From positions 1,075 through 65,074 of the forward strand of contig CAZEYA010000002.1 of assembly GCA_964516515.1 (NCBI GenBank): a stretch of 64,000 bases of DNA. Reading direction: 5' to 3'. Origin of the DNA: an uncultured Kineosporiaceae bacterium. GTDB taxonomy: Bacteria; Actinomycetota; Actinomycetes; Actinomycetales; JBBAYJ01. Every line of letters starts with the position of its first letter. Position 1 is the stretch's first letter. Positions 17,880 to 26,579 of this stretch are shown here, in pieces. Below the pieces are notes generated by a model that saw only the letters and a program-made list of their open reading frames with translations, made no database searches and was not told where the DNA came from. The position numbers and the translations under genes are program-made.

Positions 17880-19529
17880 GTGGACTCCCCGTCGACCGCG
17901 ACCGTGACCGCCCGCTCGCTCGTCGACGGCCTGGTCGCCGCCGGGGTGCAGGAAGTCGTGCTGTGCCCCGGGTCGCGTAGCGCACCGCTGGCCTATGCGG
18001 TGCACGCCGCTGACGCCGCGGGCCTGCTGCGGCTGCACGTCCGCATCGACGAACGCTCCGCCGGCTTCACCGCGCTAGGGATGGGCCGGGTGACCGGCCG
18101 CCCCGCGGTGCTCGTGACCACGTCGGGTACCGCGGTGGCCAACCTGATGCCCGCGGTACTGGAGGCGCATCACGCGGGGGTGCCGCTGCTCGTGATGTCC
18201 GCCGACCGGCCCGAGCGGTTGCGTGGCACGTGGGCCAACCAGACCTCGGATCTGCAGCCGGGGTTGTTCGGCCCCGCGGTCCGGTGGTCGCGTGACGTGA
18301 CAGCCGCCGCTGAACCCGCGTGGGGGTCATTGGTCGCCGAGGCTGTCGCCGCGGCGACCTCGCCCGCCGGTCCCGTCCACCTCAACGTCGGATTCGACCA
18401 TCCTCTGGTACCGCCCGACCTGTCGTGGCGACCGGCGGCGGCTCCCGGGCGGCCCGCTTCGCCAGGCCCCACCGCGCCACCGCCGCTGGCGCATGCATTG
18501 CCGCAACTGCTGCCGCTCGGCGCGCGGACGGTCGTGGTAGCCGGGGACGGCGCGGGCCCTGATGCGCGGGCACTCGCCGAGGCGGCTGGCTGGCCGTTAC
18601 TGGCCGAACCCACCTCGGGGTCGCGCGGTGGGCCGTGTCGGATCAGCGGTTACCGGCTGTTGCTCAACGGCCCACTGGGCAGGGCGGTCGAGCGTGTGGT
18701 GGTCTTCGGCCGGCCGACGCTGTCGCGGCCGGTGACCCAGTTGTTGGCACGCCCCGATCTCGTCCTCGTCGTCGTCGGACGGGGGGCGCATTTGGCGGGC
18801 GCGCCAGGTCGTGCCGCGCAGTCAGTGCCCGGCCGGGTGGGAGTCGACAGCCGGGAGGATGGCGGATGGCTGGACGCGTGGCGCCATGCCGGGCGGGAGG
18901 CGGCCGAGGCCATCGAAGCGGTGCTGGGTGAGTCGCGGGCCGCCGACGGGCTGGCCGGCTACGACGTCGCTCGCGAGGTCACCGCCGCCACGGGTCCCGA
19001 TGTCGGTCTCGTCCTCGCGGCGAGCAATCCCATCCGTGACGTCGACCTCGCTGCAGGTGACGTGGCCGCCCGCTTCGCGATCGCCAATCGGGGCCTGTCG
19101 GGCATCGACGGCACGGTGTCCACGGCCGTCGGCGCGTCCCTGGCTATGGGCCCCGTCCGGGTGCTGGTGGGAGACCTGGCGTTGCTCCACGACAGCAACG
19201 CCCTGCTGCTGGGTCCGGGTGAACCTGCGCCCGCGCTGCAGGTCGTCGTGGTCAACGACGGCGGCGGCGGCATCTTCGGGTTGCTGGAGCACGGCGAGGA
19301 CCGGTTCGCGGCCGCATACGAGAGGGTCTTCGGGACCCCGCAGCGGGTCGACTTGCAGGCGTTGTGCGCGGCCCACGGCGTGCGCCAGACGACGGTCAGC
19401 GACATCACGGGCCTGTCGCGGGCATTGGCCACGTCGCCTTCACCCGGGATCGAGGTGGTCGAGGTGCCCGTCCGGCGGGACCGCGAGCGGAAACTGGCCG
19501 AGCGACTCGCCGCTGCCGTCGCCAGGTAG
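17880..19529 (+). CDS. menD: SEPHCHC synthase (2-succinyl-5-enolpyruvyl-6-hydroxy-3-cyclohexene-1-carboxylate synthase)
   Basis: ARSLVDGLVAAGVQEVVLCPGSRSAPLA...LVTTSGTAVANLMPAVLEAHHAGVPLLVMSADRP, with a ThDP motif GDLALLHDSN...NDGGGGIF. Start at GTG 17880. The long 5-prime extension of ORF 16479 is antisense to menE and the CPBP gene and is rejected. Confidence 0.9.
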   Translation: MDSPSTATVTARSLVDGLVAAGVQEVVLCPGSRSAPLAYAVHAADAAGLLRLHVRIDERSAGFTALGMGRVTGRPAVLVTTSGTAVANLMPAVLEAHHAGVPLLVMSADRPERLRGTWANQTSDLQPGLFGPAVRWSRDVTAAAEPAWGSLVAEAVAAATSPAGPVHLNVGFDHPLVPPDLSWRPAAAPGRPASPGPTAPPPLAHALPQLLPLGARTVVVAGDGAGPDARALAEAAGWPLLAEPTSGSRGGPCRISGYRLLLNGPLGRAVERVVVFGRPTLSRPVTQLLARPDLVLVVVGRGAHLAGAPGRAAQSVPGRVGVDSREDGGWLDAWRHAGREAAEAIEAVLGESRAADGLAGYDVAREVTAATGPDVGLVLAASNPIRDVDLAAGDVAARFAIANRGLSGIDGTVSTAVGASLAMGPVRVLVGDLALLHDSNALLLGPGEPAPALQVVVVNDGGGGIFGLLEHGEDRFAAAYERVFGTPQRVDLQALCAAHGVRQTTVSDITGLSRALATSPSPGIEVVEVPVRRDRERKLAERLAAAVAR

Positions 19530-19557
19530 CGCTCCCGTCACCCCCCTCACTCCTCTC

Positions 19558-19682
19558 CGCCATTTGTCGACAAACGGTGGCCCGGCAGGCCCTGCCCGCC
19601 TGCGTTTGTGGACAAATGGCGGTGGGGGGAGGCCCTCAGGCGTGCGTTTGTGGACAAATGGCGACGAGGGGGGGGTCAGGCG
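19558..19682. repeat. Intergenic repeat cluster: three copies of a 19-nt element (one inverted) containing a TTTGT-N2-ACAAA palindrome
   Basis: cgccatttgtcgacaaacg (19558-19576) is the reverse complement of cgtttgtggacaaatggcg (19603-19621 and 19645-19663), matching at 18 of 19 positions. Copies 2 and 3 lie within a ~41-42-bp tandem unit. Confidence 0.85.
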
Positions 19683-20566
19683 CCGAAGTTCTGGACCCAC
19701 CAGGGTCCGCCGCTGCCCTCGGCATAGCCGACACCGAGATCGGTGAAGGCGCAATTGAGGATGTTGGCCCGATGGCCGCTGCTGTTCATCCAGGCGTCCA
19801 TCACGGCCGCGGCGTCGCGTTGGCCCTGAGCGATGTTCTCGCCCGCGGTCCGGTACGAGTAGCCGGCCGCGGTTATCCGGTCGAAGGGGGAGCGACCGTC
19901 CTGACTGTCGTGCGAGAAGTACCCGTTGGCCTTCATGTCCTCGGCGTGGCCGTCGGCTGCCGCGGTCAGGGCGGGGTGCAGAGAAAGCGCACCACATCCG
20001 GCGCCGGCGCGTTGCGCGTTGACCAGGTCGAGGATCTCCTGCTCCACGGTGGCAGCCCCAGCAGCCGGCGGAGCAGGGGCCGTGGTGGGAGCCGGTGGCG
20101 GCGGCGCCGTCGTGCCCGGCGGCGGCGTTGCCGACGTGGGCGCCGGTGCAGTGGTCGCCGGCGTGATGCTCGGCGGCGCCGCCCCGGTGGTCGTCGGGCT
20201 GGAGCTGGGCGCCGCCGCCCTCGACGGTGCGGGCGCCGCCGAGGTCGGGGCTGTGGCCGAGACCGACACCGACACCGAGGGATCGGGCGTCGATGGCGTG
20301 CCCAAGGCCACCCGCGGGGCTCGGGTACGCGTACCGGCCCGGCTCGCTCCCGGGGCGGTGCGATCCGGAAACACGACCGAGGCCGTCGGGCGTCCGACGT
20401 CGGCGACGACGAAACCCCCGCGGCGCGCCTCATACGCCATGGCCAGGCCGGTGATGGTGCCGAGCGTCGTCACGGCCGCCAGGATCCAGGCGCCGAGCCG
20501 CACCGTGGCCCGGCGACGCTCGTCACGCCGACGGGCCCGCCGCGGACCTGACCGGGCCGAGGTCAT
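19676..20566 (-). CDS. CAP/SCP/PR1-like domain protein with N-terminal TM anchor and Pro/Ala/Thr-rich linker
   Basis: LVNAQRAGAGCGALSLHPALTAAADGHAEDMKANGYFSHDSQDG...GENIAQGQ...MNSSGHRANIL. Confidence 0.85.
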   Translation of the reverse strand: MTSARSGPRRARRRDERRRATVRLGAWILAAVTTLGTITGLAMAYEARRGGFVVADVGRPTASVVFPDRTAPGASRAGTRTRAPRVALGTPSTPDPSVSVSVSATAPTSAAPAPSRAAAPSSSPTTTGAAPPSITPATTAPAPTSATPPPGTTAPPPPAPTTAPAPPAAGAATVEQEILDLVNAQRAGAGCGALSLHPALTAAADGHAEDMKANGYFSHDSQDGRSPFDRITAAGYSYRTAGENIAQGQRDAAAVMDAWMNSSGHRANILNCAFTDLGVGYAEGSGGPWWVQNFGA

Positions 20567-20670
20567 CGGCTACTCCGGGCTCGCAGCGGCGGGGCACATA
20601 TTCAGACGCACGACTCACACACGCCGCGCGGGGCCCGGCAGGTTTCAGCTCGACCGCGTCCGGGGGCCCG

Positions 20671-21714
20671 TCAGTGGCTGTTCCCCGTGTCCGTAGCGAC
20701 AGGAAGCCGTAGCTCGAAGCGGCAGCCCCCGATGTCCTGATGGGCCATGAGAATGCCGCCGTGAGCCTCGGTGATGCCGCGGGCGATCGCCAGGCCGAGC
20801 CCCGCGCCTCCGGTCTCGCCGTCCGCCTCGGCCCGGGGACGTGACGACTCTGCCCGGTAGCCGACCTCGAACAGCCGCTCGATCGGACCATCGATGGCGC
20901 CGCAGCCGTCACGCACCGCGACCAGCGCCTCACCTCGCCTGCCGTGTCCGATCCGCGCGACAGACACGCTGACCGCCGTGCCGGCTCGGCTGTACTGCAC
21001 GGCGTTGGTGACCAGGTTGCGCAGGGCGCGGGACAGCTGCTCGGGGTCGGCGTCGACGACGACCGGGTCCGCCGGTCCCGTGACATCGATCGCGATGCCC
21101 TTGGCCTGCGCCGACGGCCCACTGGCTGCGACCGCCCGGCGCGCCGCCTCGGTGGCGTCGATCGGTCGGCGGTCCAGCCGCAGCGCTCCCGCCGCGATGC
21201 GCGACAGCAGGAACAGGTCGTCGACCAGGCGGGACAGATGCATGGTCTCGTCAAGGATCTGCCGGTGGTAGCGCGCGACGGTGTCTGGGTCGGTCACCAC
21301 GTCGTCCAGCAGCGCCTCGGCCATGGCCCGCAACGCCGCGAGCGGGCTGCGCAGGTCGTGACTGACCCACGCCACGAGGTCGCGCCGCGACGCCTCCAGC
21401 GCGCTCTCCCGCTCGTGCATCAGCGCCAGCCGGTGCTGGCCGAGGAAGCCGGCCAGCACCAGACCCATACAGGCCGAGGCGACGACGGCGGCGACCAGGG
21501 TCGCCAGGATGCGTGGCGAGTCGATCATCAGTGAGCCGGTGATGATGACCGAAGCGACGACGACGATGGCGGCCACGACCGCCACCACCCCCAGCACGAC
21601 CACCGTCGGGCGATTGCGTAGGAACCGCAGCGCCAGCAGCCCCGTCAGGCCCCCGATGACCGCGACGCCGAGCGCACCGCCGACGGTCGCGGCGACCTCA
21701 GGCCCCGTGATCAT
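20671..21714 (-). CDS. Sensor histidine kinase (intramembrane-sensing type; no obvious extracytoplasmic domain)
   Basis: H-box [16 protein letters not shown]-box LVTNAVQYS and G-box [15 protein letters not shown] 21714 overlaps the regulator stop (ATGA). Confidence 0.9.
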   Translation of the reverse strand: MITGPEVAATVGGALGVAVIGGLTGLLALRFLRNRPTVVVLGVVAVVAAIVVVASVIITGSLMIDSPRILATLVAAVVASACMGLVLAGFLGQHRLALMHERESALEASRRDLVAWVSHDLRSPLAALRAMAEALLDDVVTDPDTVARYHRQILDETMHLSRLVDDLFLLSRIAAGALRLDRRPIDATEAARRAVAASGPSAQAKGIAIDVTGPADPVVVDADPEQLSRALRNLVTNAVQYSRAGTAVSVSVARIGHGRRGEALVAVRDGCGAIDGPIERLFEVGYRAESSRPRAEADGETGGAGLGLAIARGITEAHGGILMAHQDIGGCRFELRLPVATDTGNSH

Positions 21715-22442
21715 CAGGGGTCGAGTCGTCCGTGGAGCGGGCCGATCGGCTCGTAGCGGTATCCGACGCCCCAGACGGTCGCGACCCGGTGATGGTCGGT
21801 GCCGGCGTCCTCGCCCAGCTTGGCGCGCAGCCGCTTGACGTGGACGGTAACCGTCGAGGTGTCGCCGAAATCCCAGCCCCACACGTCCTTGAGCAGCTCC
21901 TCGCGGGTCATGACGGTGCGCGGGTGGCGCATCAGGTGGACGAGCAGGTCGTACTCGCGGATGGTCAATGAGATGCCCGTGCCGCCGAGCTTCACCTGCC
22001 GGGCGGTCTCGTCGACCATGAGGTCACCGTCGACGAGTGGCAGCGTGTGCCCGCCGTCCGCTGATCCCCCCGGTACCGCGCCGCGGCGCAGCACCGCCGA
22101 GATCCGCAGGACGAGTTCGCGCGGGCTGAACGGCTTGACGACATAATCGTCCGCGCCCACCTCGAACCCTGCGATCCGGTCCTCGGTCTCGCCGAGCGCG
22201 GTCAGCAGGATGATCGGTGCCTGGCTGAACGCCCGCAACCGACGGGCGACCTCCAGGCCGTCGATTCCCGGCAGCATGATGTCGAGGACGACGAGGTCGG
22301 GCTCGGTGTGACCGGCCAGGTCCAGCGCGGTGACGCCGTCGGCAGCAGTGGCGACGGCGTACCCCTCGTGCCGCAGATATCGGGCCAGGACGTCGGTGAT
22401 CGTCGGGTCGTCGTCGACGACGAGGACGCGGGCGGCGGTCAC
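21714..22442 (-). CDS. OmpR/PhoB-family response regulator
   Basis: Receiver domain VLVVDDD...[14 protein letters not shown]...KPF, then a winged-helix output domain [26 protein letters not shown]...[12 protein letters not shown]. Confidence 0.9.
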   Translation of the reverse strand: MTAARVLVVDDDPTITDVLARYLRHEGYAVATAADGVTALDLAGHTEPDLVVLDIMLPGIDGLEVARRLRAFSQAPIILLTALGETEDRIAGFEVGADDYVVKPFSPRELVLRISAVLRRGAVPGGSADGGHTLPLVDGDLMVDETARQVKLGGTGISLTIREYDLLVHLMRHPRTVMTREELLKDVWGWDFGDTSTVTVHVKRLRAKLGEDAGTDHHRVATVWGVGYRYEPIGPLHGRLDP

Positions 22443-22509
22443 GGCGTCACCCTAGGCGCGAACAGCCCGCAGCGTTCGGTCGCTCCGAGTGCCTGCCTAC
22501 AGTTCGGCC

Positions 22510-22833
22510 ATGCTCATCGCCTTCTCGATCGCCCCATCGGTGTCCGACCCGGATGGCCTGGTGACCGATGCCGTGGCCCAGGCAGTGGCCATCGTGCGGG
22601 CGTCGGGCCTGCCGAACCGGACCGACGCCATGTTCACCACGATCGAGGGCGAGTGGGACGAGTGCATGGCGGTCGTCAAGGCGTGCGTCGACGCTCTGGC
22701 GGCCTCGGCGCCGCGAGTCAGCCTGGTACTCAAGGCCGACATCCGGGTCGGCGCCACCGGTGAGCTCACGGGAAAGCTGGGGCGGTTGGACGCGGCGCTC
22801 GTCGGCCGTCCCGGTGATGCCGTCACCGGGTGA
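22510..22833 (+). CDS. MTH1187/YkoF-like thiamine-binding family protein
   Basis: MLIAFSIAPSV...VRASGLPNRTDAMFTTIEGEWDECMAVVKACV...RVSLVLKADIR. Start set at ATG 22510. Confidence 0.75.
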   Translation: MLIAFSIAPSVSDPDGLVTDAVAQAVAIVRASGLPNRTDAMFTTIEGEWDECMAVVKACVDALAASAPRVSLVLKADIRVGATGELTGKLGRLDAALVGRPGDAVTG

Positions 22834-23299
22834 CGAATGAGCCGTCGAGGATCTCGCCCTCCAGCGTGATGGTCGATTCCGACCAGCTGACGTCGCCCTC
22901 CACGGTGAGGTCCCCGAGGTCGGCGCCCGCGGTGTTGTCCAGGACGAGGCTCGGCTCGGCGCACTGCGGCGGGAACGATTCCGCCAGGGCGGAGCACAGT
23001 CGCTCGCCGGAGGCGTCGGCGAGGTAGAAGGCCTGGACGAGGAAGGGGCCGTCGATACCGGCGGCGACCGCGTCGGCGAGCAGCACCGATCCGTCGGGCT
23101 GTGAGGACGGCCCGCCGGTGCCGCTGGGAATGTCCTCGCAGTCGGTCGAGCCGGTCAGGCAGGCGCCGGCGGCCGCATCGCCGCCGGTGGTTTCGCCGGC
23201 GGCGCTGTCGCCGTCGGTGGTCGCACCGCAACCGGTGACGGCGGCGATGGCGAAGCCGGCCACCAGCAGTGCGAGAAGGGGGGCCTGAGGTGATCTCAT
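22823..23299 (-). CDS. Putative lipoprotein, unknown function
   Basis: Signal peptide with lipobox LLVAGFAIAAVTGC. Start at ATG 23299. Confidence 0.6.
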   Translation of the reverse strand: MRSPQAPLLALLVAGFAIAAVTGCGATTDGDSAAGETTGGDAAAGACLTGSTDCEDIPSGTGGPSSQPDGSVLLADAVAAGIDGPFLVQAFYLADASGERLCSALAESFPPQCAEPSLVLDNTAGADLGDLTVEGDVSWSESTITLEGEILDGSFVTR

Positions 23300-23409
23300 G
23301 GCGATTGGACGTTCAGTCACGTGCGGCGGTTCCGATCGCCCGATATGAGACGTGCTGTGCGATGTCGTCCGGCTATCGTGTCGCGCACAACAGTGGGGAG
23401 TTGGGGGAC

Positions 23410-25116
23410 ATGGGCGACGGTGTATCTGATGCCGATTGGGACCAGGGAGCGCAATCCGCCGGCGGTGTGAGCCGCCGGGCCCAATTGATCGTCTTCGGCG
23501 CTGCGGCCCTCGTCATCCTGGCCGCGGCGGTGTGGGGCTTGAGCAGCGTGTTCGGTGGCCGCGGCCCCAACCTGGCATCGCAGGCCGCGGCGCCCTCCTC
23601 GGCCCCGGCCCCGACGTCACCGACGCCCTCGCCCTCGCCCTCGCCGGCGTTCGTCGATCCGGCGCAGGCCGCCGACGTCGCCATCGACTTCCTCCGTGCC
23701 TGGGAGGCGAATGACTACGAGGCCATGCAGGCACTCGCCGCCGATCAGACCGACGACGTCGCCGGCGCCTACTCCGGGATGGCGGAGCGGCTGGCGATCA
23801 CCGACGTCGTGGTGACGCCGGGGACGCTGGACCCGGTGACCTCGGTGCTGCCGTACGACGTGACCGTGACCCTCGACGGCGCGGGGCCGGCCAGCTGGAG
23901 CAGCGCAGTCACGGTGACCCCGCAGGCCCGGGTGGCGTGGAGCGCCGCCACGGTCTATCCCGGCCTGCTGCCGGGTCAGTGGCTGGACCGCGTGCCGGTG
24001 CCGTCTCGTGGGGACATCGTCGACCGCTCGGGTGCGTCTGTCTCGGCCGATCCCGACCTCACGGCCAACCTCATCGGTGACGTCGGGCCGGACGGCGTCG
24101 GCACCTCGGGGCTGCAACGCGCGTACGAGGACGTGCTGGCCGGCCCGCCGGGAACGGCCCTCGCGGTGACCAATCCGGTCACCGCGGAGGTCATCACGAC
24201 CATCGAGCAGTGGCCGGGGGCGCCTGTGGCCCCGCTGGTCACGACGCTTGACCTGCGGGTGCAGCGGGCTGCCACCGCCGCGCTCGCCGGAGCGGCGGGC
24301 CGGGCGGCCCTGGTGGCCGTCGACACCGGGTCGGGTGACGTCCTGGCGATCGCCAACAATCCGGTCGAGGGCCTGCCAGCGGCGCTGGCGGGGGAGTACC
24401 CACCCGGTTCGACCTTCAAGATCGTCACAGCATCGGCTGCGCTGCGGGCGGGCTTCGCGCCCGGCTCGGCCGTGGACTGTCCGGCGTCGTTGTCGGCGGG
24501 CGGTCGGACCTTCTCGAACGCATCGAGTGTCGTGCCCGGTCCCACCACTCTGGCGGGCGCCTTCGCTGTCAGCTGCAACACGGCGTTCATCGAGGTGGGC
24601 CGACAGGTGGGGACGCCCGCGCTGCTGGCTGCGGGCGAGTCCTTCGGGTTCGGTTTCGGACCGCCGTTGCCGGTCGCCAGCGTGTCGGGGTCGGTGCCGG
24701 AGCCCGATTCCGACGTCGTGGCCGCAGCGGACGCCATCGGCCAGGGAACCGTGACGGCGAGCCCGCTTCACATGGCCTCGGTCGCTGCTGCGGTGGCCAA
24801 CGGGGCTTGGGTGCAGCCGCATGTCGTGGCCTGCGGGGAGTGCGACAGTCGCTCGATCTCCGGTGCAGCCGGATTGCGCGACATGATGCGCCAGGTCGTC
24901 ACGGCGGGTAGTGGTCGCGCGGTGGCCGGCGTCCGCGGTGGCCCGGTGCACGGCAAGACGGGTTCCGCCCAAGTCGCCGGTGGCGGCGCCCACGCCTGGT
25001 TCGTCGGCTGGCAGGGCAGCGTGGCATTCGCCGTGTTCGTCGAGTTCGGCGGGTCGGGTGCGGAGAGCGCGGCTCCGCTGGCCGCCGCGTTCCTCACCGA
25101 GTTGGCTGTGGGCTGA
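23410..25116 (+). CDS. Class B penicillin-binding protein (NTF2-like MecA_N domain plus transpeptidase)
   Basis: TM anchor, then AADVAIDFLRAWEANDYEAM (NTF2-like), then transpeptidase motifs STFK, SCN and KTGSAQ. Start at ATG 23410. Confidence 0.85.
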   Translation: MGDGVSDADWDQGAQSAGGVSRRAQLIVFGAAALVILAAAVWGLSSVFGGRGPNLASQAAAPSSAPAPTSPTPSPSPSPAFVDPAQAADVAIDFLRAWEANDYEAMQALAADQTDDVAGAYSGMAERLAITDVVVTPGTLDPVTSVLPYDVTVTLDGAGPASWSSAVTVTPQARVAWSAATVYPGLLPGQWLDRVPVPSRGDIVDRSGASVSADPDLTANLIGDVGPDGVGTSGLQRAYEDVLAGPPGTALAVTNPVTAEVITTIEQWPGAPVAPLVTTLDLRVQRAATAALAGAAGRAALVAVDTGSGDVLAIANNPVEGLPAALAGEYPPGSTFKIVTASAALRAGFAPGSAVDCPASLSAGGRTFSNASSVVPGPTTLAGAFAVSCNTAFIEVGRQVGTPALLAAGESFGFGFGPPLPVASVSGSVPEPDSDVVAAADAIGQGTVTASPLHMASVAAAVANGAWVQPHVVACGECDSRSISGAAGLRDMMRQVVTAGSGRAVAGVRGGPVHGKTGSAQVAGGGAHAWFVGWQGSVAFAVFVEFGGSGAESAAPLAAAFLTELAVG

Positions 25117-25206
25117 CCGCGCCCGGGGTCCGCGCGCCGAGTAGCCGCAACCAGCAGCTGCTGACACCGGTCCGCGGCTTCAGCACACTCCCGCCGGCTT
25201 GACACT

Positions 25207-25240
25207 TCTCATTACTGAGAGCACTCTCTCATTTATGAGA
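25207..25240. promoter_or_regulatory. Two 14-bp palindromic candidate operators upstream of and overlapping the start of the wHTH-NTase gene
   Basis: TCTCAttacTGAGA (25207-25220) and TCTCATttATGAGA (25227-25240) are 20 bp apart centre to centre, in a locally AT-rich patch. TTGACA sits at 25199-25204. The second palindrome contains ATG 25235. Confidence 0.55.
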
Positions 25241-25822
25241 AGCGCTCCGCCTCCGCTCCTACCGATCTTCCGGTCGGATGCCCAGGCGCGGCTACTCGCG
25301 GAACTGTATCTGCGGGGTGGGCAGGCGCGTCCGATCAGCCAGGTAGCCGTCGCGGCCCACGTCCCCATGCCGAGCGCCCACCGTGAGATCGAACGGCTGA
25401 TCAACGCCGGTCTCGTCCGTGAGCAGCGAATCGGCCGGCAGCGCCTGGTATCGGCGAACCCCGGCAGTTCATATTTCGAGCCGCTGCGCACGCTGCTCCA
25501 CCGGGCGTTCGGTCCGCCCACGGTGCTCGCCGATGCGCTGCGGGGGGTGACGGGTCTTCGCTTTGCCGCGATCTATGGCTCGTACGCCGCTCGGCGCGTC
25601 GGGGAGGAGGGTCCGGCACCGAACGACATCGACCTGCTGGTTGTGGGTGACGTCGACGCTTCGCAGGTGTACGAGGCAGTCGAGAACGCGGAGCGCCAGC
25701 TGTCGCTGCCGGTCAACGCCACTGTGCTCAGCGACGAGGAGTGGGCGGCCGATACCGGCTTCACCCGCCAACTGCGCGCGCGGCCCCTCCTGCGGCTGGG
25801 CGATGACGACATTCGGTCATGA
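25235..25822 (+). CDS. Winged-helix (ArsR-like) DNA-binding domain fused to a MNT-type nucleotidyltransferase domain (candidate antitoxin)
   Basis: wHTH: RLLAELYLRGGQARPISQVAVAAHVPMPSAHREIERLINAGLV. NTase motif: IYGSYAARRV...NDIDLLVVGD. Start at ATG 25235 (TTG 25199 is an alternative). Confidence 0.75.
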   Translation: MRSAPPPLLPIFRSDAQARLLAELYLRGGQARPISQVAVAAHVPMPSAHREIERLINAGLVREQRIGRQRLVSANPGSSYFEPLRTLLHRAFGPPTVLADALRGVTGLRFAAIYGSYAARRVGEEGPAPNDIDLLVVGDVDASQVYEAVENAERQLSLPVNATVLSDEEWAADTGFTRQLRARPLLRLGDDDIRS

Positions 25823-26277
25823 CCGACGAGATCGAGAGCCTCCTCGGGGGCCGCAAGATCGTTGCCATCCCGGCCGACCCGGACGGCGCTGAACAGCACC
25901 TGGCCAGGGCGAGGACGACTCTCGAGCAGGCCCGGCTGCTCACCGACGCGGCATTGCAGGAGAGGTTGCGGTACGAGGCGGGTCTGCACCTGGCACTGGC
26001 CTTGATGGCCGCCGACGGGTACCGACTGCGGAGCGGGCCGGGGCATCACGAGAGCGCGGTGGCCTACCTTCGCGCCAGACTGGGCCGTGACCCTGGCCTC
26101 AAGGCGGCCGTCCGGGTCCTCGACATGACTCGCCGCAACCGCAACAGTGAGCTTTACCGAGCCGTTGAGGTGGGGGCGGCCGCGGCCGAGGCCAGCGCGG
26201 CGGCGGTGGCCGTCCTGCTGCGGGCCGTCGCCATCGAGCTCGAAGCGTTGTCGGGTCGGACGACGGAGCGTCAGTAA
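25819..26277 (+). CDS. All-alpha HEPN-like protein (candidate toxin partner)
   Basis: ATGA overlap with the upstream NTase gene. The helical sequence has a candidate Rx4H motif (LRSGPGHHESAV). The family call is tentative. Confidence 0.5.
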   Translation: MTDEIESLLGGRKIVAIPADPDGAEQHLARARTTLEQARLLTDAALQERLRYEAGLHLALALMAADGYRLRSGPGHHESAVAYLRARLGRDPGLKAAVRVLDMTRRNRNSELYRAVEVGAAAAEASAAAVAVLLRAVAIELEALSGRTTERQ

Positions 26278-26337
26278 TGCCAGGGATGGAAACGACCAAA
26301 GCGGCGCAATGGTCGGTCACGTGCCGTATCCGAGGCT

Positions 26338-26395
26338 CGGGGCACGTCCGGGGCACGTCCGGGGCACGTCCGGGGCACGTCCGGGGCACGTCCGG
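26338..26395. repeat. 11-bp tandem repeat (cggggcacgtc) x5 plus a partial unit
   Basis: Read directly: cggggcacgtc repeated perfectly five times from 26338 to 26392. It is intergenic between convergent genes, and the unit length is not a multiple of 3. Confidence 0.95.
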
Positions 26396-26579
26396 CGAGT
26401 ACCAGGGCAGCATGGTCATCGAGGAGGCGGGTGAGCAGGCGTCTCCGGTGATCCTCGAGATCCCGACCGAGTCCGCGCGTGCCGGATCGACGGAGGCATC
26501 GACGCAACGCTGGCCCGTCTCGCCGACGCCCTCTGTGGCGGGCTGACCGCCGGACACCACCGGTCGGCAGGGCTGTGCA

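Noticed and set aside
25117-25198. Possible intrinsic terminator after the PBP gene (GC-rich segments gcgcccggggtccgcgcgcc and cagcagctgctg).
   Set aside because: The stems I can draw by eye are short or imperfect and there is no T-tract. This is not strong enough to annotate without folding software.
26338-26395. The tandem repeat as a possible CRISPR array.
   Set aside because: The units are 11 bp and directly abut each other with no spacers. No cas genes are in the window.
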